Assembly (NCBI GenBank): GCA_000990355.1
Contig: LBSX01000001.1
Location: 3,392-67,391 of the forward strand
Direction of reading: 5' to 3'
Source of the DNA: Candidatus Magasanikbacteria bacterium GW2011_GWC2_37_14
Lineage (GTDB): Bacteria > Patescibacteriota > Patescibacteriia > Magasanikbacterales > UBA922
Length of the DNA stretch: 64,000 nt
Part shown: piece after piece, positions 57,109 to 64,000 of the stretch
Numbering within the stretch: position 1 is the stretch's first letter
Layout of the letters: the number at the start of each line of letters is the position of its first letter
Translations under genes and position numbers: made by a program
Notes under the pieces: generated by a model
The model's database searches: none
What the model was told of the DNA's origin: nothing
The model's input: only the letters and a program-made list of their open reading frames with translations

Positions 57109-58617
57109 ATGAGAATCCATTTCATCGGTATCTGTGGTGTGGCTATGTCGGCCTTGGCAATAGCTTTTAAAAAAGCTGGACACGAAAAACTGCCTGATGG
57201 CAGTCTCGTGCCATGCTTTGAGGTATCGGGGAGTGATGTGGGATTTTTTCCACCGGTTTCTACAAATTTGGAAAAACATAATATAAAATTTTATCCTGGC
57301 TGGCATCCAGAAAAAATGGGAACGCCTGATTTAGTGGTAGTTGGCAATGTCGCTAGTTCCACCAATCCCGAATGGCAATACGTGCAAGAAAAAAAATTAA
57401 ATTACAAATCTTACCCAGAAGCAATTGAAGAATTTTTTATTAAAGAAAATTCCATTGTTTGTGCTGGTACTTATGGTAAAACCACTACTTCGGCGTTGTT
57501 GGCTTTTGTTTTAAGTGAATGCGGATACAACCCAAGTTATATGTTTGGCGGGATTGCTGTGGATGAGGGGTTTGACAGTGCCAGCTTAGGAAATGAGCCA
57601 CGTAAAGTTCAGACTTCGTCTGAACCACGTGGCGGTTACTCCGTAACCGAAGGGGATGAGTACAAGAGCGCACGCTGGGACAATGGAGCAAAATTTTTTC
57701 ATTATCACCCCACTCACCTACTCTTAACTGCCATACAGTGGGATCATGCTGATGTTTATCCAACAGAAGAAAGTTATTTTGAGGCATTTGAAAAATTAGT
57801 TAAGTCTGTTCCAGAAAATGGATTGCTTGTAATGAGTGAACAGATATCAGATAGCAAATATCAGATAGCAAATAGCATACGATATGGTCAATCCGAAAAA
57901 AATGATTACGTATATTTTGACATCCACCAAACAAAAGACGGAATTAAATTTCAAATTAAACATAATGCTATTTGTTATTTGTTATCTGCCAATATGTTCG
58001 GTTCTTACAACGCCGAAAACATAACTGGAGTATTCGCATTGGCAAATGAGATCGGTTTAGAACCAGAAAAAATTATTTCTGCAATAAATAAATTTAAAGG
58101 CTTAAAAAGAAGATTGGAAAAACGTTATGAAAATAAAATAACAATTTTTGATGATATTGCTCATTCACCTGCCAAAGCAAATAGTGTTTTACAAACTTTA
58201 GCCAAAATATATAAGCGTCATCCCCGCGAAGGCGGGGATCTTACGGAGATTCAAGATTCCCGCCTTCGCGGGAATGACGAACCAAAACTATTTTGTGTTT
58301 TTGAACCAAACACTGGAAACCGTCAAGCACAATCTGCGCCAAGCTATAGCAATGCTTTCAAAGATGCCGATGAAGTTATTATTCCCAAACTTACTAAATT
58401 AAAAACTTCCGAAGAATTAAAACATTGGGAAGGAAAAGAATTAGCCGAGATTATCTCCCAAATCCATAACAACGTAAAATATCTTGAAAATGATAATGAA
58501 TTAATAAATTATTTAATTAATAATACAAGCGAAGGCGATGTGATTGTTTTTTGTGGCAGTCACGGCTTTCGTGGCATGATTGATGAATTAATTTTGTCAT
58601 TCCGAACCCACAGGTGA
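57109..58617 (+). CDS. Mur ligase, MurC/Mpl-like
   Basis: IHFIGICGVAMSALA, GTYGKTTT, EGDEY, WDHAD, DDIAHSP. Confidence 0.9.
   Translation: MRIHFIGICGVAMSALAIAFKKAGHEKLPDGSLVPCFEVSGSDVGFFPPVSTNLEKHNIKFYPGWHPEKMGTPDLVVVGNVASSTNPEWQYVQEKKLNYKSYPEAIEEFFIKENSIVCAGTYGKTTTSALLAFVLSECGYNPSYMFGGIAVDEGFDSASLGNEPRKVQTSSEPRGGYSVTEGDEYKSARWDNGAKFFHYHPTHLLLTAIQWDHADVYPTEESYFEAFEKLVKSVPENGLLVMSEQISDSKYQIANSIRYGQSEKNDYVYFDIHQTKDGIKFQIKHNAICYLLSANMFGSYNAENITGVFALANEIGLEPEKIISAINKFKGLKRRLEKRYENKITIFDDIAHSPAKANSVLQTLAKIYKRHPREGGDLTEIQDSRLRGNDEPKLFCVFEPNTGNRQAQSAPSYSNAFKDADEVIIPKLTKLKTSEELKHWEGKELAEIISQIHNNVKYLENDNELINYLINNTSEGDVIVFCGSHGFRGMIDELILSFRTHR
58216..58279. repeat. In-frame GTCAT...ATGAC palindromic element
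   Basis: Encodes RHPREGGD..DSRLRGND. Confidence 0.85.
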
Positions 58618-58704
58618 GGAATCCCTTTCAATTTAACTAAACAACTAATTTAATATAGCGAGTTTATTCCACAGAAAAGGGATCTCTCGCTGTGGCTCGA
58701 GATT
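58595..58704. repeat. R2 palindromic element copy 2, supplies TGA of Mur ligase
   Basis: Matches reverse complement of 20436-20550. Confidence 0.85.
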
Positions 58705-58707
58705 TTT

Positions 58708-59259
58708 ATGAAAATACCTAAACAAGCAAAAAAAGTTTTTGATGGTGTTGTTTTTGATGTTTATCAATGGCCTCAAGAATTATTTGATAAATCAATCGCC
58801 ACTTATGAAATGCTTAAGCGAAAAAACACAGTGGAAATTATTCCTATAATGGATGATAAAATTTGTCTTATTTATGAAGAACAACCAACTTTACCAGTTG
58901 CTTATAGTGTAGTTGGTGGACAGCAAGATTTTGATGAAACACCATTAGATTGTGCTAAACGAGAATTATTAGAAGAAACTGGTTTAGCTTCTAATGATTG
59001 GGAATTAATTAAGGAATTTGACCCTTACAATAAAATTGAATGGACAATTTCACGCTTTATTGCTCGAAATTGCCAAAAAGTTGCTGAACAAAATTTGGAT
59101 CCAGGCGAAAAAATAGAGTTAAGACCAGTTGCTTTTGATGAATTTATGAAAATCATGGTTAGTGATAGATTTCGTTCCCAAGATGTAACTGCTGATATTT
59201 TGAAAATGATTCATTTTGGAAAATTTGAAGAATTTAAAAATAAATTATTTAAAAAGTAG
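58708..59259 (+). CDS. NUDIX hydrolase (ADP-ribose pyrophosphatase-like)
   Basis: GGQQDFDETPLDCAKRELLEETG; LDPGEKI. Confidence 0.88.
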   Translation: MKIPKQAKKVFDGVVFDVYQWPQELFDKSIATYEMLKRKNTVEIIPIMDDKICLIYEEQPTLPVAYSVVGGQQDFDETPLDCAKRELLEETGLASNDWELIKEFDPYNKIEWTISRFIARNCQKVAEQNLDPGEKIELRPVAFDEFMKIMVSDRFRSQDVTADILKMIHFGKFEEFKNKLFKK

Positions 59260-59283
59260 AGACGCAAAATTTTGCGTCTCTAC
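59256..59283. repeat. Perfect 28-bp GTAG-type REP-like palindrome
   Basis: gtagagacgcaaaattttgcgtctctac. Confidence 0.75.
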
Positions 59284-59328
59284 TCTACAACTTTATTAAC
59301 TTTAAAAACTTTATAACTTTACAAACTA

Positions 59329-59493
59329 TCACTTCCCTTCATCCACCACCTCGGCTACAACATTTTCACCCTCAATTGCCGAAATCAACAAAGAAATTCC
59401 ACAAACATTACATTCAATTACCTGACCAACTGCCAAATCAGTATAAGAAGACAAATCTACTTCATTTTTACATTCTGGACAAATTAACTTCAT
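59329..59493 (-). CDS. LysW-like zinc-ribbon small protein (54 aa)
   Basis: MKLICPECK..GQVIECNVCGISL..VVDEGK; lacks canonical EDWGE terminus. Confidence 0.75.
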   Translation of the reverse strand: MKLICPECKNEVDLSSYTDLAVGQVIECNVCGISLLISAIEGENVVAEVVDEGK

Positions 59494-59539
59494 ATTGCTA
59501 AGATTAATAATATTAAACTTCAATAATTGTAACACAGTT

Positions 59540-60523
59540 ATGAAAACTATTCAACAGTCCTACCCCGAACTAGCACAAGCACTTGACACAACTGAGGTAT
59601 ATTTAAAACGCGAAGACCAACACAAATATGGCTCACACAAAGGACGTTCAATTCCCTTAATGATCAAAAAATATTCTAAAGAAGGACCACACACTGCCAC
59701 GATTGGTGGGCCATTTTCTGATTTTGTAATTTCTTCTTCGGGAAATGCCGCTTTGGCAGCCATTCATGCTATTCAAGCTCATAATCGCAATAACGATAAT
59801 AAACTCACTTTAAAAATTTTTATCGGAGAAAATATTAATGCGGAAAAATTAAAATTATTAATTAATTTAATTGAAGATCCTAACATCACTTTAACTCAGG
59901 TAGAAAATCCCAAACAAACTGCTTTTTTGGTAGATAAGGAAGGACAAGCAAAAAATCTTCGCCAATCAACCGATGAATTGGCTTTGGAAGGTTACACAGA
60001 ACTTGCTGAAGAATTAAATAAAATTCCCAATTTACAAGCAGTATTTATTCCTACTTCAAGTGGCACTACAGCCGAAGGTTTGGGTTTGGCTTTTGCTAAA
60101 CTTAATTACCAAGCACAAATCCACATTGTACAAACCACTGCTTGTCATCCGATAGTGGATGTCATTGCGAGGACTCCGCACACTACGGAGGACGAAGCAA
60201 TCCCAGTGGATATTGATGAAACAAAGGGATTGCCACGCCCCGCTCGAGCGGGGCTCGCAATGACAGCCACTTCACTCGCCGATGCAATTGTCGACCAAGT
60301 TGGTCACAGAAAAGAAAAAGTTACAGATATAATTAAAAATTCCAAAGGCGCTGGCTGGATTGGCACGGACGATGAAATTTTGAATGCAATTGAACTACTA
60401 AAAAATACTTGTAAAATAAAAATTTCTCCAAATTCAGCATTAGCAATTGTCGGATTAAAAAAAGCCATTGCTAATGGCTTTAAATTCTCTGGACCAGTGG
60501 TTTGTTTAATTACGGGGCAATAA
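59540..60523 (+). CDS. Fold-type II PLP-dependent enzyme (threonine synthase/dehydratase-like)
   Basis: VYLKRED..GSHKGR, SSSGNAA, FIPTSSGTT, VVCLITG. Confidence 0.85.
   Translation: MKTIQQSYPELAQALDTTEVYLKREDQHKYGSHKGRSIPLMIKKYSKEGPHTATIGGPFSDFVISSSGNAALAAIHAIQAHNRNNDNKLTLKIFIGENINAEKLKLLINLIEDPNITLTQVENPKQTAFLVDKEGQAKNLRQSTDELALEGYTELAEELNKIPNLQAVFIPTSSGTTAEGLGLAFAKLNYQAQIHIVQTTACHPIVDVIARTPHTTEDEAIPVDIDETKGLPRPARAGLAMTATSLADAIVDQVGHRKEKVTDIIKNSKGAGWIGTDDEILNAIELLKNTCKIKISPNSALAIVGLKKAIANGFKFSGPVVCLITGQ
60160..60265. repeat. In-frame GTCATTGCGAG...CTCGCAATGAC palindromic element
   Basis: Encodes VIART..DEAIP..GLPRPARAGLAMT. Confidence 0.85.
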
Positions 60524-61202
60524 TAATACTAACAATATTTCCTGGATCGTCCTTGGTTCCATTACCACCTTTGGTTGTATAATACTGGTCTACTAATTGT
60601 AAGCCAGTTTTTTTAAATAAATTTGCCAATTCTTCCAAACTAAATCCATGATAATACCTTTCACCTAAAATTTCTCTTTGTGAATTTCTCCAAGTAACCA
60701 AATAGTCGCCAGCTGAAATCTCTTTAAACTTTCCTTTTTCAATTAATTTCTGAGCACTTTTAGAATACATATTCCAATTTGTCATTAAAATATAACTACC
60801 TGACTTTACCACTCGCCTCATTTCTTGCAATGATTTTATTCTTGATTTCTCATCTGGCAAATGATGAAAAGTAGCAATACAATAAACAACATCAAACTCA
60901 TTATCTTTAAAAGGTAAAGTTGTCATTTCGCCAATTCTGAAATCTATATTAGGAAATTTTTCTTTGGCAATTTTTATTTGTTCTTCGCTCTGATCCAGCC
61001 CAATATACTCTAAGCCTTGAAAATCTTGAAAAAGATGATATAATCTGCCTGATCCACAACCAAGGTCAAGAACTTTAAAACCATCTTTAGTATACTTTTT
61101 TAAAGGTTTTAAATCATCCCAAATAAACTTACGTGTTTCGGCAAATAGCCGGGCAATTTTATTATAAGTGTCTTTGTTTAATTGAACCAAATCTTTGGAC
61201 AT
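60510..61202 (-). CDS. Class I SAM methyltransferase, Trm9/ALKBH8-like
   Basis: YNKIARLFAETR..W, VLDLGCGSGR, CIATFHHL, RYYHGF. Confidence 0.8.
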   Translation of the reverse strand: MSKDLVQLNKDTYNKIARLFAETRKFIWDDLKPLKKYTKDGFKVLDLGCGSGRLYHLFQDFQGLEYIGLDQSEEQIKIAKEKFPNIDFRIGEMTTLPFKDNEFDVVYCIATFHHLPDEKSRIKSLQEMRRVVKSGSYILMTNWNMYSKSAQKLIEKGKFKEISAGDYLVTWRNSQREILGERYYHGFSLEELANLFKKTGLQLVDQYYTTKGGNGTKDDPGNIVSIIIAP

Positions 61203-61214
61203 AAATACTTTTTT

Positions 61215-62987
61215 ATGGAAGGACTAGAAGAAATTTTACTAAAAATTATCCTGCAAAACCCCGCAAATGGCGAGGTGTTTTATAATTTACTCCGTAAAGA
61301 AACCAATAAATTAAAAACTTCTATTCCTCCCAAACGCGAGTTGATTATAGCTTATCAAAAATTAATAAAAAATAAAAGGGCTGTACCCAACAAGCATTTT
61401 GAATTTTTGCTACGCAAAGCGCAAATTCGCACTCTTTCGGGGGTAGCAGTTATTACTTCCCTAGTTAAACCCTATAATTGCCCGGGAAACTGCGTATATT
61501 GCCCTAGCGAGGCCAGAATGCCCAAAAGTTATCTTGCAAGCGAACCAGCCGCTGCCCGCGCTCTAGGGCTTAAATTTAACCCCTATGAGCAAATGCGCCA
61601 GAGGATCTTGATGCTGGAACAAAATGGCCATCCAACCGACAAAATTGAGTATATTATCAAAGGTGGTTCTTGGAATGCCTATCCATTAAAATATCAGTAT
61701 TGGTTTATTTTGGAATCGTTTAGAGCGTGTAACGAATTGTCATCGCGAACCCTACGAAGTAAAGGGTGTGGCGATCCCAAGGATTCACAAAAAAAGACTG
61801 GGATTGCTTCATCTCGCTCGAGCGAGACTCGCAATGACAGCTTGGAACAATTACGCCAGCAATTAAAAATCGAACAACGAAAAAACGAAACTTCCAAACA
61901 CCGAATTATTGGCTTAACTTTGGAAACACGACCTGACTGTGTAACACCAACCACCATTGTCCACATGCGAGAACAAGGTTGCACCAGAATTGAGCTTGGA
62001 CTACAAGCACCAGATGATAAAATTTTAAAATTAGTTGATCGCGGACACACAGTACAACAATTTAAAGATGCAATGCTGCTGCTCCGTCAAGCTGGTTTTA
62101 AAGTTGATCTACATTTTATGCCCGACTTACCCGGCACCACTGCCAAGCATGATGTAGAAATGTATAAATTATTATTTTCTGACCCGGGCCTTAAACCAGA
62201 CATGGTAAAAATTTATCCCTGTACAGTAATTAAATCTGCTCCACTTTATAAATGGTACAAAGCTGGTAAATACAAACCCTATTCTGAGCATAAACTTTTT
62301 GAAGCTTTAATTGCCATGAAATTAGCTACTCCACGCTATTGTCGTATTTCACGACTAATTCGTGATATTCCAGAAAATGAAATAAGTGGTGGAAATATTA
62401 TTACCAATTTGCGACAACATTTGGCAACAGAAATGAAAAATCGAGGATTAAAATGCCAGTGTCTTCGTTGTCGAGAAATAGGACATCAACAAGACTTAAG
62501 ACTTAAGACTGAAGACTTAAGACTATTTACAGACAAATATGAAACCACTGGTGGTACAGAATATTTCCTTTCTTATGAAGATAAAAATAGACAAGTGGTG
62601 TTTGCTTTTTTACGTCTTAGACTTCCCACTGTCATTGCGAGCCCTGCCCGAGCAGGGCGTGGCAATCCCAATGTTTTAAATACTTCCATGGGGATTGCTT
62701 CGTCGCCCTCGGGGGCTTCTCGCAATGACACCGCCTTTATCCGCGAACTCCATACTTATGGACAACTAATGACATTAAAACATGAACACATCAAAGCATT
62801 AAAACAAAAAAATGATGTACAACATACAGGTTTTGGGAAAAAGTTAGTATTAGAAGCCGAAAAAATTGCCAAGAAAAATCATTATCAAAAACTCTCAATT
62901 ATTTCTGGAGTTGGAGTACGGGGATATTACCGCAAACTTGGTTATAAATTAGAAAAAACTTATATGACTAAAAAAATCTCCACATAG
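61215..62987 (+). CDS. elp3: Elongator protein 3-like radical SAM / acetyltransferase tRNA U34 carboxymethylase
   Basis: RTLSGVA, CPGNCVYCP, PKSY, ETRPD, ELGLQ, IRELHTYG, QHTGFGK, SGVGVRGYYRKLGY. Confidence 0.93.
   Translation: MEGLEEILLKIILQNPANGEVFYNLLRKETNKLKTSIPPKRELIIAYQKLIKNKRAVPNKHFEFLLRKAQIRTLSGVAVITSLVKPYNCPGNCVYCPSEARMPKSYLASEPAAARALGLKFNPYEQMRQRILMLEQNGHPTDKIEYIIKGGSWNAYPLKYQYWFILESFRACNELSSRTLRSKGCGDPKDSQKKTGIASSRSSETRNDSLEQLRQQLKIEQRKNETSKHRIIGLTLETRPDCVTPTTIVHMREQGCTRIELGLQAPDDKILKLVDRGHTVQQFKDAMLLLRQAGFKVDLHFMPDLPGTTAKHDVEMYKLLFSDPGLKPDMVKIYPCTVIKSAPLYKWYKAGKYKPYSEHKLFEALIAMKLATPRYCRISRLIRDIPENEISGGNIITNLRQHLATEMKNRGLKCQCLRCREIGHQQDLRLKTEDLRLFTDKYETTGGTEYFLSYEDKNRQVVFAFLRLRLPTVIASPARAGRGNPNVLNTSMGIASSPSGASRNDTAFIRELHTYGQLMTLKHEHIKALKQKNDVQHTGFGKKLVLEAEKIAKKNHYQKLSIISGVGVRGYYRKLGYKLEKTYMTKKIST
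61738..61839. repeat. In-frame GTCAT...ATGAC palindromic element in elp3
   Basis: tgtcatcgcgaac...actcgcaatgaca. Confidence 0.85.
62630..62730. repeat. In-frame GTCAT...ATGAC palindromic element in elp3
   Basis: tgtcattgcgagccc...ttctcgcaatgaca. Confidence 0.85.
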
Positions 62988-63037
62988 TGTGGAGATTTTT
63001 TATCTGTGTGATCTTTTGTAAATCTGTGTAATCAATG

Positions 63038-63388
63038 CTAAGTCTTTTTAAACTTTACCGAGAATATTGGTTCGTAAACATTATCATATTCATCTTTTAC
63101 TTCTACAGTCTCCCCTTTCATCAATTTAGTCATGGCAATGTCGGAAAGAATTTCCATATCTGATTCCAAATCAATTTTCAAATCATCCAGCTTGGTAAAA
63201 TCACTGGCAAAATCCCCTTTTACGGTCGCCTCAATTTGTTTTTTGCGGGCCCTCATGGTGTTTAATTTTTCTCCTAACTCCAAATATTCTTGTGAAGCTC
63301 GTAGGGCATCCTTGTAAGCACCTCGCAAATCTTTTTGTTGTTTTTTAATTACTTGAATTCGTCCCCAAATTTCTTGAATGTCTTGCAT
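63038..63388 (-). CDS. Hypothetical coiled-coil protein
   Basis: 116-aa helical ORF ending GETVEVKDEY..YEPIFSVKFKK. Confidence 0.7.
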   Translation of the reverse strand: MQDIQEIWGRIQVIKKQQKDLRGAYKDALRASQEYLELGEKLNTMRARKKQIEATVKGDFASDFTKLDDLKIDLESDMEILSDIAMTKLMKGETVEVKDEYDNVYEPIFSVKFKKT

Positions 63389-63421
63389 AATTATTTTCTT
63401 TAAAATTTAAGTGGCAGTATT

Positions 63422-64000
63422 TTACCATTTTACATTTAAAACCACAATACCCACTACCATTAAAATCAAGGCCATTAATTTTAAAAGCAAATTTTTCTTA
63501 TCCCATTCTTCTTTAATATATTTTGGTGCCAAGAGAGTAAGTAAAATTGCTAGTACAAAAACCATAATTGACTGTGCACCTTCTAATACATTAATAAGAG
63601 AAATATGCCCCTGGCTAATTGCCTTAATATTCAAAAATACTCCAGTGCGACTAAGCAAAGCAATAATTACTAAAAGCAACAATACTTGCCAAGTATAACT
63701 TTTCTTTTCCAGAGCAAATTGCCTGCGAAACTTTTTGAAAAAGAAAAATAGTCCGGCTAGAACTGGCAAAATAAATAATTGATAACCAGCCATTTGCAAG
63801 GCAACTACACCATGCTTTGTTACATAACGTGTTACTACATCACAACCAACAAAAAAGAGCGTACTAATTAACATCAACCAAAAACCACTGGTTAATTTAA
63901 TTTTTTCTTTCTGTATATTTAAATGTAACCCAGCCAAAATACTACCAACTAACAAAATAAACAAAGCCACTAACTGTTTTGGCTCCAAAACTTCACCCAA
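63422..64000 (-). CDS. EamA/DMT-family transporter (5' end outside window)
   Basis: Hydrophobic TM pattern; GEVL..QL, KAISQGHISLINVLEG. Confidence 0.75.
   Translation of the reverse strand: MGEVLEPKQLVALFILLVGSILAGLHLNIQKEKIKLTSGFWLMLISTLFFVGCDVVTRYVTKHGVVALQMAGYQLFILPVLAGLFFFFKKFRRQFALEKKSYTWQVLLLLVIIALLSRTGVFLNIKAISQGHISLINVLEGAQSIMVFVLAILLTLLAPKYIKEEWDKKNLLLKLMALILMVVGIVVLNVKW

Noticed and set aside
14274-58617. UGA recoding (genetic code 25) suggested by many TGA ends
   Set aside because: Conserved genes are full length under code 11 and the TGA codons fall at expected protein ends

Overview
AT-rich chromosomal window, most likely from a Patescibacteria/CPR (Parcubacteria-like) bacterium. 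This is inferred from the short AlaRS, the SecD-parvulin fusion, the VirD4-like ATPase, the LysW-like protein and the apparently leaderless genes. Core genes: the end of the ribosomal alpha operon (infA-rpmJ-rpsM-rpsK-rpsD-rpoA-rplQ-rplM), alaS, mnmA, murA, sod, dnaG-rpoD, secD-secF, secA, hpf, murB, mraY, a Mur ligase and Elp3. Four unusual layers stand out. (1) A 16-kb array of 11 paralogues, each a divergent helical domain plus an intact PEP-utiliser phospho-His swivel domain but no ATP-grasp domain, followed by a frameshifted HAD gene. (2) Four isolated GC-rich single-gene cassettes sharing one layout: own promoter, SD-like site, GC3-rich ORF, C-rich tract and AT-core hairpin. Two of them share a ~108-bp 3' module. 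(3) Several families of short palindromic elements that sit in-frame inside housekeeping genes or supply stop codons, with candidate mobiliser genes (DUF559 endonuclease, four-helix-bundle protein) in the window. (4) A divergent Elp3 / Trm9-like methyltransferase pair suggesting eukaryote-type mcm5(s2)U wobble modification. No rRNA, tRNA or CRISPR array was recognised. All calls are by eye, with no database searches run.
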